The notes: generated from the letters alone by a model not told the origin. A DNA stretch of 64,000 bases from Escherichia coli O127:H6 str. E2348/69 (GCF_000026545.1 NC_011601.1), one strand, 5' to 3'. Positions 48,787-61,328 are shown, counted from the stretch's first letter. Program-made: numbers and translations.

Positions 48787-51700
48787 ATGAAGTTTTTACC
48801 CTATATTTTTCTTCTCTGTTGTGGTCTTTGGTCGACCATAAGTTTCGCAGACGGAGATTACATCGAATATCGTGGCATCAGTAGTAACAACCGTGTCACA
48901 CTTGATCCACTACGTCTGAGCAACAAGGAATTACGTTGGCTAGCGAGCAAAAAAAATCTTGTGATTGCAGTACACAAGTCCCAAACAGCTACGTTGTTGC
49001 ATACCGATTCGCAGCAACGGATTCGTGGTATTAATGCTGATTATTTAAATCTTTTAAAAAGAGCGTTAAATATCAAATTAACACTCCGGGAATACGCAGA
49101 TCATCAAAAAGCAATGGACGCGCTGGAAGACGGTGAAGTTGATATAGTGTTATCACATTTAGTTGCTTCGCCGCCTCTTAATGATGACATTGCTGCAACT
49201 AATCCTCTGATAATTACCTTTCCGGCGCTGGTCACTACCCTTCACGATTCAATGCGACCGCTTACCTCATCAAAACCAGTAAATATTGCTCGAGTAGCAA
49301 ATTATCCCCCAGACGAGGTAATTCATCAATCATTTCCAAAAGCAACAATTATCTCTTTTACAAATTTATATCAGGCATTAGCATCCGTCTCAGCCGGACA
49401 GAATGATTACTTTATTGGTAGTAACATCATTACCAGCAGTATGATTTCCCGTTATTTTACTCACTCCTTAAATGTAGTGAAGTATTATAACTCACCGCGT
49501 CAATATAACTTTTTATTAACCAGAAAAGATTCAATCGTTCTTAATGAAGTACTCAATCGATTTGTTGATGCTTTAACAAATGAAGTTCGCTATGAAGTAT
49601 CACAAAATTGGCTTGATACAGGAAACCTGGCCTTTCTGAACAAACCATTAGAACTCACTGAACATGAAAAACAGTGGATTAAGCAGCATCCCGATTTAAA
49701 GGTGCTGGAAAATCCTTACTCGCCACCCTATTCTATGACAGATGAAACTGGCTCAGTTCGGGGCGTGATGGGTGATATTCTTAATATTATTACCTTGCAA
49801 ACAGGTTTAAATTTTTCTCCGATCACCGTTTCACATAATATTCATGCTGGGACACAGCTTAACCCCGGTGGATGGGATATATTGCCCGCCGCTATTTATA
49901 GTGAAGATCGAGAAAATAATGTTTCATTTTCTGAAGTCTTCATAACAACGCCTTACGTTTTTGTCATGCAAAAAGCGCCTGACAGTGAACAAACATTAAA
50001 AAAAGGAATGAAAGTTGCCATTCCATATTATTATGAGCTTCATTCGCAATTAAAAGAGATGTATCCGGAGGTAGAGTGGATAAAAGTCGATAACGCCAGC
50101 GCTGCATTTCACAAGGTCAAGGAAGGTGAACTTGATGCTCTGGTCGCGACACAGTTAAATTCGCGTTACATGATCGACCATTACTATCCTAATGAACTTT
50201 ATCATTTTCTTATTCCCGGCGTTCAGAATGCATCACTTTCGTTCGCTTTTCCTCGCGGAGAACCGGAACTTAAGGATATTATTAATAAAGCACTGAATGC
50301 AATTCCCCCAAGCGAAGTTCTGCGCCTGACCGAAAAATGGATTAAAATGCCCAATGTGACCATTGACACATGGGACCTCTATAGCGAGCAGTTTTATATT
50401 GTTACGACATTATCCGTTTTATTAGTTGGCAGTAGCCTTTTATGGGGATTCTACCTGTTACGCTCAGTTCGTCGTCGTAAAGTCATTCAGGGTGATTTAG
50501 AAAACCAAATATCATTCCGGAAAGCACTCTCGGACTCCTTACCGAATCCAACTTATGTTGTAAACTGGCAAGGTAATGTCATTAGTCATAATAGTGCATT
50601 TGAACATTATTTCACTGATGATTACTACAAAAATGCAATGTTGCCATTAGAAAACAGTGAATCCCCCTTTAAAGATGTTTTTTCTAATACGCATGAAGTC
50701 ACAGCAGAAACGAAAGAAAACCGAACAATATACACACAGGTATTTGAAATTGATAATGGCATCGAGAAAAGATGCATTAATCACTGGCATACCTTATGTA
50801 ATCTGCCAGCAAGCGAACATGCTGTTTATATTTGTGGTTGGCAAGATATTACCGAGACGCGTGATTTAATTCATGCACTCGAAGTAGAGAGAAATAAAGC
50901 GATCAATGCAACTGTCGCAAAAAGCCAGTTTCTGGCAACAATGAGTCACGAAATAAGAACACCAATAAGCTCCATTATGGGCTTCCTGGAACTACTGTCG
51001 GGTTCTGGTCTTAGCAAGGAACAACGGGTGGAGGCGATTTCACTTGCCTACGCCACCGGACAATCACTCCTCGGCTTAATTGGTGAAATCCTTGATGTCG
51101 ACAAAATTGAATCGGGTAACTATCAACTTCAACCACAATGGGTCGATATCCCTACTTTAGTCCAGAACACTTGTCACTCTTTCGCTGCGATTGCTGCAAG
51201 CAAATCGATCGCATTAAGTTGCAGCAGTACGCTTCCTGAACGCTACCTGGTTAAGATCGACCCTCAGGCGTTTAAGCAGGTCTTATCTAATTTACTGAGT
51301 AATGCTCTCAAATTTACTACCGAGGGGGCAGTAAAAATTACGACCTCCCTGGGTCACATTAATGACAACCACGCTGTTATCAAAATGACGATTATGGATT
51401 CTGGAAGTGGATTATCGCAGGAAGAACAACAACAACTGTTTAAACGCTATAGCCAAACAAGTGCAGGTCGTCAGCAAACAGGTTCTGGTTTAGGCTTAAT
51501 GATCTGCAAAGAATTAATTAAAAACATGCAGGGCGATTTGTCATTAGAAAGTCATCCAGGCATAGGAACGATATTTACGATCACAATCCCGGTAGAAATT
51601 ACCCAACAAGTGGCGGCTGTCGAGGCAAAAGCAGAACAACCTATCACACTACCTGAAAAGTTGAGCATATTAATCGCGGATGATCATCCGACCAACAGGC

Positions 51701-52380
51701 TATTACTCAAACGCCAGCTAAATCTATTAGGATATGATGTTGATGAAGCCACTGATGGTGTGCAAGCGCTACACAAAGTCAGTATGCAACATTATGATCT
51801 GCTTATTACTGACGTTAATATGCCGAATATGGATGGTTTTGAGTTGACTCGCAAACTCCGTGAGCAAAATTCTTCCTTACCCATCTGGGGGCTTACAGCC
51901 AACGCACAGGCTAACGAACGTGAAAAAGGGTTAAATTGCGGCATGAACTTATGTTTGTTCAAACCGTTGACTCTGGATGTACTGAAAACACATTTAAGTC
52001 AGTTACACCAGGTTGCGCATATTGCACCTCAGTATCGCCACCTTGATATCGAGGCCCTGAAGAATAATACGGCGAATGATCTACAACTGATGCAGGAGAT
52101 TCTCATGACTTTCCAGCATGAAACGCATAAAGATCTACCCGCCGCGTTTCATGCACTAGAAGCTGGCGATAACAGAACTTTCCATCAGTGTATTCATCGC
52201 ATCCACGGTGCGGCTAACATCCTGAATTTGCAAAAGTTGATTAATATTAGCCACCAGTTAGAAATAACACCTGTTTCAGATGACAGTAAGCCTGAAATTC
52301 TTCAGTTGCTGAACTCTGTAAAAGAACACATTGCAGAGCTGGACCAGGAGATTACTGCTTTCTGTCAGCAAAATGACTAA
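48787..52380 (+). CDS. evgS: Hybrid sensor histidine kinase EvgS
   Basis: 1197-aa protein with periplasmic domains, HisKA/HATPase, receiver and HPt. Confidence 0.9.
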   Translation: MKFLPYIFLLCCGLWSTISFADGDYIEYRGISSNNRVTLDPLRLSNKELRWLASKKNLVIAVHKSQTATLLHTDSQQRIRGINADYLNLLKRALNIKLTLREYADHQKAMDALEDGEVDIVLSHLVASPPLNDDIAATNPLIITFPALVTTLHDSMRPLTSSKPVNIARVANYPPDEVIHQSFPKATIISFTNLYQALASVSAGQNDYFIGSNIITSSMISRYFTHSLNVVKYYNSPRQYNFLLTRKDSIVLNEVLNRFVDALTNEVRYEVSQNWLDTGNLAFLNKPLELTEHEKQWIKQHPDLKVLENPYSPPYSMTDETGSVRGVMGDILNIITLQTGLNFSPITVSHNIHAGTQLNPGGWDILPAAIYSEDRENNVSFSEVFITTPYVFVMQKAPDSEQTLKKGMKVAIPYYYELHSQLKEMYPEVEWIKVDNASAAFHKVKEGELDALVATQLNSRYMIDHYYPNELYHFLIPGVQNASLSFAFPRGEPELKDIINKALNAIPPSEVLRLTEKWIKMPNVTIDTWDLYSEQFYIVTTLSVLLVGSSLLWGFYLLRSVRRRKVIQGDLENQISFRKALSDSLPNPTYVVNWQGNVISHNSAFEHYFTDDYYKNAMLPLENSESPFKDVFSNTHEVTAETKENRTIYTQVFEIDNGIEKRCINHWHTLCNLPASEHAVYICGWQDITETRDLIHALEVERNKAINATVAKSQFLATMSHEIRTPISSIMGFLELLSGSGLSKEQRVEAISLAYATGQSLLGLIGEILDVDKIESGNYQLQPQWVDIPTLVQNTCHSFAAIAASKSIALSCSSTLPERYLVKIDPQAFKQVLSNLLSNALKFTTEGAVKITTSLGHINDNHAVIKMTIMDSGSGLSQEEQQQLFKRYSQTSAGRQQTGSGLGLMICKELIKNMQGDLSLESHPGIGTIFTITIPVEITQQVAAVEAKAEQPITLPEKLSILIADDHPTNRLLLKRQLNLLGYDVDEATDGVQALHKVSMQHYDLLITDVNMPNMDGFELTRKLREQNSSLPIWGLTANAQANEREKGLNCGMNLCLFKPLTLDVLKTHLSQLHQVAHIAPQYRHLDIEALKNNTANDLQLMQEILMTFQHETHKDLPAAFHALEAGDNRTFHQCIHRIHGAANILNLQKLINISHQLEITPVSDDSKPEILQLLNSVKEHIAELDQEITAFCQQND

Positions 52381-52435
52381 ATAGCGGCTCCCACAATGTT
52401 CAAATGTGGGAGCTATTTACCAGCACATCTTACAT

Positions 52436-53581
52436 TTATGATGAGAACTCCTGGCGAATTTGTTCCCCATGCTGGTCGAGCGTTGCCGCTCCCGGCATAA
52501 CATGCGGGTCCGCGCAGCCGCTGATTTTTATCGGATTACCCGGCATCATTATTCCCCCGGCTTCAATCAACATATTTCTCGCCTGAGTTTGTGGTAAATT
52601 AATGGCCTCAGCCACACTTAATAACGGCGCGACGGGCACACCAACTTCATGTATTCTGGCTAACCAAACTTCAGCTGCCTGCGTTTTTAACGTTCGCTCA
52701 ATATATTGTTTAAGAATAGCCTGGTTTTGTACGCGTAAAATATTGCTGCTAAATCGGGGATCATTAACCAGTTCTGTAAGCTCCAGTGCCTGGCATAACA
52801 CAGAAAAAAGCTTGTCATTACCACAACAAATCGTAATCGGCTTATCCTGAGTATCAAAAACATCAAAAGGTGCCATGTAGGGGTGACGATTTCCCAGACG
52901 TTGTGGTGACTTCCCAGTCGCGATATATGCCATCAGTCCGTGCTCCAGAAAACTCAGAGTGGCATCAAACATCGCTATATCGACATGCGCCCCTCGTTGG
53001 CTCTTTTCGCGGCCATAAAGTGCACTCACTATTCCACTGAATAAATAGACACCGCCACATAAATCCGCAAGAGAGGTACCCACGCGCACTGGCGGAGCAT
53101 CAGGGTATCCCGTTTCCATCATTATCCCGCTCATTGCCTGAATGATGGTATCGTAGGCAGGAGCATCTTTTAGCGGGCCGGTATGTCCGAAACCTGACGA
53201 TGAAGCATAGATGAGGCGCGGGTTGATTTCTTGTAGCGTTTCCCATGAAAACCCGAGTTTTTCCATTGTACCTAGGCGAAAATTCTCAGCTAATACATCC
53301 GCTTGTTTAAGCATATTTATAAATATGCTTTTATCGTGATCATTCTTTAAATCAAGAACCACACTCTCTTTGCCATGATTAATAAAACTGTAATAGAGTG
53401 ACTGTCCATCCACATAGGGACCAAATGTGCGGGTATCATCACCATGACCCGGCGGCTCAACTTTAATTACCCTTGCACCCATATTACAAAGAAGTTGAGT
53501 TCCGAAAGGCCCATTAAGGACATGCGTCATATCGATAACTAATAAGCCTTCAAACGGCCCTTTGCATTCATTATTTGTCAT
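52436..53581 (-). CDS. yfdE: Acetyl-CoA:oxalate CoA-transferase YfdE
   Basis: Family III CoA-transferase; start taken at MTNNECKG. Confidence 0.85.
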   Translation of the reverse strand: MTNNECKGPFEGLLVIDMTHVLNGPFGTQLLCNMGARVIKVEPPGHGDDTRTFGPYVDGQSLYYSFINHGKESVVLDLKNDHDKSIFINMLKQADVLAENFRLGTMEKLGFSWETLQEINPRLIYASSSGFGHTGPLKDAPAYDTIIQAMSGIMMETGYPDAPPVRVGTSLADLCGGVYLFSGIVSALYGREKSQRGAHVDIAMFDATLSFLEHGLMAYIATGKSPQRLGNRHPYMAPFDVFDTQDKPITICCGNDKLFSVLCQALELTELVNDPRFSSNILRVQNQAILKQYIERTLKTQAAEVWLARIHEVGVPVAPLLSVAEAINLPQTQARNMLIEAGGIMMPGNPIKISGCADPHVMPGAATLDQHGEQIRQEFSS

Positions 53582-53654
53582 TTGCTTATGCCTTGAAAAA
53601 AGCCGAAGGTGAAAAGACACTTCGGCATTTATGTAAAATAAATAACATGATTAA

Positions 53655-54599
53655 TTATGAAACCAGTCGACTGACATAAATCCACAAAGGAGCCGTGACG
53701 ACAAAACCCAGTACGCTCACAGCCAATGACGCTGTACCAGTGCGGGTGTAGACATTAAACCGACTGGCAATAATGATTCCGGAGAATGCCGGCGGTAATG
53801 CGCCTGCCAGTACCATCATCTGCAGATGTTCGCTGTTCAAATGACATGCCATACCGACGAGAAGCAGCGCCAGTGGCATCAGAATCAGCTTCAGGAAAGT
53901 GTTATAAGCAATTTCGGCACTGAACTCGAATTTATGTGCAGCCAGAGTCAACCCCGCAGCAAATACCGCTACCCCTGAGTTAGCCTTCGCAATCAGATTA
54001 AAGGTTGGGTCCCATGCTGCCGGAATTTTTACCCCAACCAATACCAGGATCGTTGCCAGAACAGGTGCCCATACTACTGGCTCCTTTGCCGCAGAAATTA
54101 ATGCGCTCAGATTACTATTCTTCTTACCATCCGCTCCTGAGGAAGGATTCAGCAAATACAGACCAATAGGAATAGTAATTGCGTTAACAATAATAGAAAT
54201 AATTGCTACCACTAAACCTGTTGATACGGAATCACCATAAATAGGATCGAGAACTGCAAATCCCAGGAATCCGATGGTAGGTGAACCTGCAATTAATGCA
54301 CATACTGCTGCTTCTGCATGGGTACGTTTAAAAAATTTGTAGCAACCAAACCAGGAGAAAAAGAAACATCCGACAATAACCACAAGTGATACAAGGGTCA
54401 GACGAGTGTCCGCAAAAATCATTTCCCTGTTTGCCCGGGTAATAGAAACAAATAGGGCCGCAGGAAGAGCGTAGTTTAATACCAGTTTATTAAATGCCCG
54501 GGCTTGATCTTCTGAAAAAGTTTCTCGTCTGCCGCTAAAATAACCCAACAGCATGATTACGATAATAGGCAATAAATCGCCAATAAAAAATGTTAGCAT
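53655..54599 (-). CDS. yfdV: Putative transporter YfdV (AEC family)
   Basis: Polytopic membrane protein; synteny. Confidence 0.85.
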
Positions 54600-54668
54600 A
54601 ATAGTATTTCCGATAAGGGTCCCCTCACCATCGCATAATGAGTTGGCAAGAGGAGACGATGTCAGTAT

Positions 54669-56363
54669 TTAATTACCAGCGACTTGTTTTGGGTTAAGTT
54701 TGGTAATATGGCCACTTTCAGTTCCTGCTGCAGGGTCGATGACCACATTAATAATGGTCGGTTTGCGCGACTGAATACCGGTGGTTAAAGCATGACGAAG
54801 TTCATCTGTCGTGGTGACGTTATAGCCAACGCCACGAAACGCATCCATTAATTTGTCATACCTTGCATGGTGCAGCAGATCCGTTGGTGATGGTGCACCA
54901 GCGCCACTGAGATCAACACCGTCTCCTCTGTAGATGCCGCCATTATTAAAAATAACGATCGTCACCGGCAGGTTATATCGACAAATCGTTTCAATCTCCA
55001 TCCCACTGAAACCAAAAGCACTATCACCTTCAATGGCGACAACCGGAGAACCAGAGGTCACGCTAGCACCGATGGCATAGCCCATACCGATGCCCATGAC
55101 ACCCCAGGTGCCACAATCCAGACGACGACGTGGTTTATACATATCAATAATATTTCGTGCATTATCCAGGGTATTTGCCCCTTCATTAACTAAATAAATA
55201 TCCTGGTTCTCGCGCAAAACATCGCGCACAGCACTCAATGCATTAAAGTAATTTAATGGTTGGGTATCTGTACTTAACTTTTCATGCATTTTTTGTGCAT
55301 TTTGCTGCTTGTGGATATTTAAAATATCGCGCCACACCAGTGGAGTCGTGAATGTGTTTTGTTTCAATTCTGCCAGCATACCTTGCATACTGGATGCAAT
55401 ATCGCCAACGACTGGAACAGCAATGGGGCGGTTGCTGTCAATTTCCTGCGGTTCAATATCCAGTTGAATAAACTGTGTATCTGCCGCCCATCCTTTTTTA
55501 CCGTGTGCCAGTAACCAATTCAGTCGTGCACCGACAAGCATGACAACGTCAGCATTTGCCAGGGCAAACGAACGCGCAGCTGCCGCAGAAAGTGGATGCG
55601 TATCTTCGAGGATCCCTTTCGCCATAGACATTGGCAGGAATGGAATCTGGGCACTTTCAATAAATTCACGAAGCTGTTCATCAGATTGTGAATACGCCGC
55701 GCCTTTGCCAAGGATAACTAATGGTCGTTCAGCTTTTGCTAAAAGCGAAATTGCGCTAGCGACTGACTTTGGGCATGGCAATAATGCTGGCGACGGATTT
55801 TCAACTTTAACAATCGTGGTTAACGCTTCGTCTTTTTCCATCGTCGCGGCCAGGACATTTGCTGGCAAATCAAGATAAACACCGCCAGGACGACCCGATA
55901 CTGAGACCCGGATAGCGCGTGCCAATGCAATGCCAAGATCCTGCGGCTGATTAACGCGAAATGCTGCTTTGGCATACGGTTTTGCCGCATTCATTTGGTC
56001 CAGCTCTTCATAATCACCTTGCTGGAGATCGACGATCGCGCGGTCGCTGGAGCCGCTAATCATGATCATCGGAAAACCATTTACCGTTGCATTGGCCAAT
56101 GCAGTCAAACCGTTGAGGAATCCTGGCGCAGACACTGTCAGGCAGATCCCTGGTTTTTGGGTAAGAAAACCGCTTGCTGCAGCGGCATAGCCTGCCGACT
56201 GCTCATGACGAAAACCAATATAACGAATGCCTTCCGCCTGGGCATGGCGCGCCATATCCGTCACAGGAATACCTACAACACCATAAATAGTGTCAATATT
56301 ATTCTGTTTTAATGCTTCAACGATGATATGCATACCATCTGTCATTTGAAGTTGATCTGACAT
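54669..56363 (-). CDS. oxc: Oxalyl-CoA decarboxylase
   Basis: ThDP-dependent enzyme translation; synteny with frc. Confidence 0.9.
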   Translation of the reverse strand: MSDQLQMTDGMHIIVEALKQNNIDTIYGVVGIPVTDMARHAQAEGIRYIGFRHEQSAGYAAAASGFLTQKPGICLTVSAPGFLNGLTALANATVNGFPMIMISGSSDRAIVDLQQGDYEELDQMNAAKPYAKAAFRVNQPQDLGIALARAIRVSVSGRPGGVYLDLPANVLAATMEKDEALTTIVKVENPSPALLPCPKSVASAISLLAKAERPLVILGKGAAYSQSDEQLREFIESAQIPFLPMSMAKGILEDTHPLSAAAARSFALANADVVMLVGARLNWLLAHGKKGWAADTQFIQLDIEPQEIDSNRPIAVPVVGDIASSMQGMLAELKQNTFTTPLVWRDILNIHKQQNAQKMHEKLSTDTQPLNYFNALSAVRDVLRENQDIYLVNEGANTLDNARNIIDMYKPRRRLDCGTWGVMGIGMGYAIGASVTSGSPVVAIEGDSAFGFSGMEIETICRYNLPVTIVIFNNGGIYRGDGVDLSGAGAPSPTDLLHHARYDKLMDAFRGVGYNVTTTDELRHALTTGIQSRKPTIINVVIDPAAGTESGHITKLNPKQVAGN

Positions 56364-56416
56364 GATTAATAACCTCGAAATTTTTATAAATTGGGAGCCA
56401 GAAGCCCCCGTTAATA

Positions 56417-57667
56417 TCAGATGGCGTGGTTTTGCTTCATTGCAGCAATTTCATCGTCGCTATAACCCAGCTCCTGCAATACAGCAGCGGTATGTTCACC
56501 TAATAGCGGAGCAGCTTTAATATCCGGCGTAAAGGCAGAGAACTTCATTGGACAACCAACTGTCAGATATTTTCCACGCAACGGTTGTTCCACTTCGACA
56601 ACACTGCCACTTTGGCGCAACGAGGGATCAAGTGAAATTTCTTTCATACTTAAAACCGGTGCACAAGGAATATCAAACTGAGTCAAATAGGCCACAGCTT
56701 CATGTTTATCAATAGTGACAGTGTATTTTTCGATTTCAGCAAAAATATCGAAAATATGTGGCTGTCGGGCATGGGCTGTACTGTATGCCGGATCGGTAAT
56801 CCATTCTGGTTTGCCGATGGCTTTACAGGTGTTTTCCCAGTTTTGCTCCTGAATAGTGAAATAAATATAGGCGTTAGGATCGGTTTCCCAGCCTTTACAT
56901 TTCAGGATCCAGCCAGGCTGACCGCCCCCACCTGCATTACCACCGCGGGGAACTGCATCACCAAATGTGCCATTCGGATACTGCGGGTATTCTTCCAGAT
57001 ACCCCAACTTATCGAGACGCTGCTGGTCGCGTAATTTCACGCGGCAAAGGTTCAACACGGCATCCTGCATTGACATGGTGACTCGTTGCCCACGCCCCGT
57101 TTTTTCGCGATGCAGCAAAGCAGCAAGTAAACCGATCAGCAAATGCATTCCGGTGTTGCTGTCACCCAACGCTGCAGCGCTTACCAGCGGCGGACCGTCC
57201 CAAAAACCTGTAGTAGATGCCGCGCCACCCGCTGCCTGAGCAACGTTTTCATAGGCTTTTACATTCACATAAGGCGAACACTCATCAAACCCTTTGATCG
57301 AACCAAAAATCAGACGTGGATTGATTTCTTGAATATGCTCCCAGGTGAAGCCCATATGATCAATGGCCCCTGGATGAAAGTTCTCGACTAAGATATCAGC
57401 TTCGCGGATCAGCTTTTCCATTACCTCTTTGCCTTCCGCTGTTTTGGTATTTAATTCAATAGAACGTTTGTTACTGTTAAGCATGGTGAAGTAAAGCGCA
57501 TCGATATCGGGAATATCTCGCAGCTGGTGACGCGTTACGTCACCAACGCCGGGACGTTCAATTTTAATGACGTCAGCGCCAAACCAGGCCAGCATCTGAG
57601 TACAAGATGGGCCAGATTGCACACCGGTGAAATCGAGAACTTTAATTCCTTGAAGTGGAGTTGACAT
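56417..57667 (-). CDS. frc: Formyl-CoA:oxalate CoA-transferase
   Basis: Family III CoA-transferase translation; synteny. Confidence 0.9.
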
Positions 57668-58178
57668 AGCAATACCTATTAGTTAATTAAATATGTGTTA
57701 ATTTAGCGTTTATTTAAGGCATAACGCCTCTATAAATAATCTGCAAAATATCGTCGTAGCTGCACTCGATATTTTTAAATTCCTGTATCAAGTGCTGAAA
57801 ATCATTTCATCGCCACTTCCAATTCCTTTCTGCATGGTAAGTAGTGAGGACGAAAAGAAGAATATAATAAATATTGGTTCGCGGTAATCAGAGAGAGCCG
57901 TGACATTTGTGATGTTATTCTTACAACTGTAAGAAGTGTCAGTGATTTACAAGTAAGGTTATGATTACACTATTTAAAGCGTACCATAAAATATAACATA
58001 ATAAATGATTTGTGATAACATGGGATTATTGCGGTTTACTTTGAGGAAGATAAAGTGCGAGTTTATAGAACCGCGAGCGCCAAATAATTTTATGACCACA
58101 ACCTGTCGTATTGTGGTCATAAAAAATTGTCGGCTGGAGGGAGTTAAATCCTTTACCTCAATATATTGCCTGTCAGGT

Positions 58179-58811
58179 TTAGTTCACAAACAGTGCTTCG
58201 CTATCGACGATGATTCCATCTTCCGCACCTTTAAGCGCCAGGTTTGCCTCGTAGTATTGCTTTTTATCAAGCAGTTTCTGTGCATCAGCAAGTGCATTAC
58301 GAGTCTGTTTAAGCGGCATCAAATATTGGTTTTCCATTACACCAACACCGGCCAGGCGAAGCTCTTCCATTGCACCCTTTTTATCCCCTTTCGCCATTTT
58401 TTCGTTGGCAATTTTTATCGCGGCTTCTTTTTCGGGGGTTGCTACATAACTCTCAGAAATTCCGACAGATGCATTAATGACAATATATTGGTCATCATTG
58501 ACGTTGGTCTTTTTACCTGGTTTAGCGAACTTTGCCCATTCGGTACTATCATCTGACAGCAAAGCGGAAGCTTCATTGGTCAGTTCTTTTGCCTTTTCCG
58601 GATCGCCATGAAACAGAGCCAGGCGCGCTACCTGCACGTCACGCATCGCATATAAACCTTGTTCAGAGATACGCTCTGCTGCTGCCGTTTTCTGGGTTTG
58701 CTTAACTTGCTGAGTTTGCTGTTGTGCCGCTACCGGTGCATTATCAGTAGCCCATACAGTTGAAGATGCCAGAATTGCTGTGACCATCGTAGCCATAATT
58801 AAACGTTTCAT
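58179..58811 (-). CDS. yfdX: Periplasmic protein YfdX
   Basis: Signal peptide then YfdX-type sequence; synteny. Confidence 0.85.
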   Translation of the reverse strand: MKRLIMATMVTAILASSTVWATDNAPVAAQQQTQQVKQTQKTAAAERISEQGLYAMRDVQVARLALFHGDPEKAKELTNEASALLSDDSTEWAKFAKPGKKTNVNDDQYIVINASVGISESYVATPEKEAAIKIANEKMAKGDKKGAMEELRLAGVGVMENQYLMPLKQTRNALADAQKLLDKKQYYEANLALKGAEDGIIVDSEALFVN

Positions 58812-59105
58812 ACTTACCTCATTCTTTAACAGTTTTAGAAAACGCCGCCATCATATTGGGTGAGCATGAAATGAGAAATCAGAGAGCAACGGTCATTTTG
58901 AAAGGGTTATCTTACAACTGTAGTTATTATCGCAAAGCCGCTTTTAGTCTTACAGTTGTAGGAATCTGCTTCCTGTCGCAGAGAACTATTCTTATATACC
59001 ACAAAGATATGTCATTTATTATATCGATGTAAATACTGATTAATTAAATATAAATACAGCCATAACATCGTAGGTTTTCAGTGAACCATTTTCAGGATAT
59101 TTTCT

Positions 59106-59381
59106 ATGAAAGTAAACTTAATGCTTTTTAGCTTATTTTTATTTGTCTCTATTATGGCATGCAATGTTTTTGCATTTTCTATTTCTGGTGGTGGTAGTGA
59201 GGCGAGCTATAAAGAGACAGAAAAAACGTCAGTGATGACGACAACGCATTCTACAAAACTTCAGCCATCACAGGCGATTTTGTTTAAGATGAGAGAAGAT
59301 GCACCACCATTAAACCTCACAGAAGACATCACGCCTACTTATCCGACAAAGGCGAATTATCTCATTCATCCTTTGCGATAG
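59106..59381 (+). CDS. ypdI: Lipoprotein YpdI
   Basis: Signal peptide with lipobox MAC; synteny. Confidence 0.8.
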   Translation: MKVNLMLFSLFLFVSIMACNVFAFSISGGGSEASYKETEKTSVMTTTHSTKLQPSQAILFKMREDAPPLNLTEDITPTYPTKANYLIHPLR

Positions 59382-59457
59382 CGTCTGTCACCTGGCAGGT
59401 GAACAATCATGTCTGATGCTGATGTGAACACCTGCCCAAATGAGCCATCCTGACCCA

Positions 59458-59700
59458 CTATCGCCTGCCATACCCCACCATAAAGCGAATCATCAAGCCA
59501 CAAGCCGGGGCAAGAAACATAAATATCCCCGTCACCAGTTCATTACCGCCAGTTAACCACATGGTGAAGTAATAAATGAGTGCAGCGAGGATCACCATGC
59601 CGAAGAAAGAAGAGATCGCCGATACCATGTTCAGTACCTGACCGATGTATCCGCTTACGCAGACAATACACAGGGCGAGAAACATCCATAAATAAATCAT
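59458..59700 (-). CDS. yfdY: Small membrane protein YfdY
   Basis: 80-aa two-TM protein; synteny. Confidence 0.8.
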   Translation of the reverse strand: MIYLWMFLALCIVCVSGYIGQVLNMVSAISSFFGMVILAALIYYFTMWLTGGNELVTGIFMFLAPACGLMIRFMVGYGRR

Positions 59701-60052
59701 AGCTCAACCTCCTGCCGCGCTAAAAAACCTGTAACTTCAGTCACTTTAATAGTAAGACAATCCTTAACCTCTGGCAATTTTTGCTAAGCATCAATGAAAA
59801 CAGCATGTTAAATGCAAGACTGTTGTGTACGGAAAAATATTTACTTTGCACGATTAATAATCAGTAGCTGAAAGCAGTCAGCGAGTGATAAAGTACAGAT
59901 ACCGCATTCATGCTCCTCGTGGTTATGTCCTGACTAGTCTTTACACTCTTTACAGGAACCATTGTCGTACATGATGGCCTAATCAATTGAGTGTACCGCT
60001 GTCGACATGGAATCTTCTGCGATACAACAATTCGTATCTACAGAAGGTAACT

Positions 60053-60973
60053 ATGTTTCCAAAATGCAAATTTTCCCGCGAGTTTCTGCATCCTCGCTAC
60101 TGGCTCACGTGGTTTGGGCTTGGTGTACTCTGGCTTTGGGTACAGCTTCCTTATCCTGTTCTCTGCTTTCTCGGCACGCGTATCGGCACAATGGCGCGAC
60201 CATTCCTGAAACGTCGTGAATCTATCGCCCGTAAAAACCTGGAACTTTGTTTCCCGCAGCATTCTGCGAAAGAGCGCGAGAAGATGATTGCCGAAAACTT
60301 TCGTTCACTCGGCATGGCGCTGGTAGAAACCGGCATGGCGTGGTTCTGGCCCGACAGTCGCGTACGTAAATGGTTTGATGTTGAAGGGCTGGATAACCTC
60401 AAACGCGCACAACTGCAAAATCGTGGCGTGATGGTTGTCGGCGTCCATTTTATGTCGCTGGAACTGGGCGGCCGCGTGATGGGACTGTGCCAACCAATGA
60501 TGGCTACCTATCGTCCACATAATAATCAGCTGATGGAATGGGTGCAGACCCGTGGGCGCATGCGCTCTAACAAAGCGATGATCGGCAGAAATAATCTGCG
60601 CGGCATTGTCGGTGCACTGAAGAAAGGTGAAGCGGTTTGGTTTGCTCCCGATCAGGATTATGGTCGTAAAGGCAGCTCCTTCGCGCCGTTCTTTGCGGTA
60701 GAAAATGTCGCCACAACCAATGGCACCTATGTCCTCTCCCGTCTCTCTGGCGCAGCCATGTTGACCGTAACGATGGTAAGAAAAGCGGATTACAGCGGAT
60801 ATCGTTTGTTCATCACCCCAGAAATGGAAGGCTACCCGGCAGATGAAAATCAAGCCGCTGCCTATATGAACAAGATTATCGAGAAAGAGATCATGCGCGC
60901 GCCGGAGCAGTACCTATGGATCCACCGTCGCTTTAAAACGCGCCCGGTGGGAGAATCGTCGCTATACATTTAA
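60053..60973 (+). CDS. lpxP: Lipid A palmitoleoyltransferase LpxP
   Basis: LpxL/LpxM-family acyltransferase; start at MFPKCKF (ORF-track upstream extension rejected). Confidence 0.9.
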   Translation: MFPKCKFSREFLHPRYWLTWFGLGVLWLWVQLPYPVLCFLGTRIGTMARPFLKRRESIARKNLELCFPQHSAKEREKMIAENFRSLGMALVETGMAWFWPDSRVRKWFDVEGLDNLKRAQLQNRGVMVVGVHFMSLELGGRVMGLCQPMMATYRPHNNQLMEWVQTRGRMRSNKAMIGRNNLRGIVGALKKGEAVWFAPDQDYGRKGSSFAPFFAVENVATTNGTYVLSRLSGAAMLTVTMVRKADYSGYRLFITPEMEGYPADENQAAAYMNKIIEKEIMRAPEQYLWIHRRFKTRPVGESSLYI

Positions 60974-61328
60974 CAAACTGCTCTTACTCTTTCCCTCCTC
61001 AAATCAGCCATAATAACCTCATGGTTTTTATGGCTTTTTTCTTAAGGTTTTTTCCTTCGCTGAATCTCTAATTATTACCGTCAGAAATTAAACTGTCGCC
61101 GATATGAGACACCTGTAAGTTACTAAAAGTAAATAAGAAAATGCCTCTTGTCTCGTTTCAGTTTTAGGCGTACATTAGCGCCGTCTCGAGCAGTTTAGCT
61201 CAGAATTCTGGGGTGATGCCCACGGTAAAATACAGGGCTTTTAAGGTCGTTTTGCCCGGTGTCAACTCACTGTATCAGGTGTAATGAAGTCATTCAGGCG
61301 TAACAGTAATTACGCGGAGAGATGTAAA

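Noticed and set aside
53582-53620. N-terminal 13-codon extension of yfdE
   Set aside because: Conserved YfdE begins at MTNNECKG; the upstream codons lack support.
58005-58556. Plus-strand 183-aa ORF antisense to yfdX
   Set aside because: Overlaps the well-supported minus-strand yfdX gene (signal peptide, synteny); AT-rich antisense frame with implausible Cys/Phe-rich product.
60038-60853. Minus-strand ORFs antisense to lpxP (60038..60262, 60151..60402, 60305..60853)
   Set aside because: Embedded antisense within the well-supported lpxP coding region.
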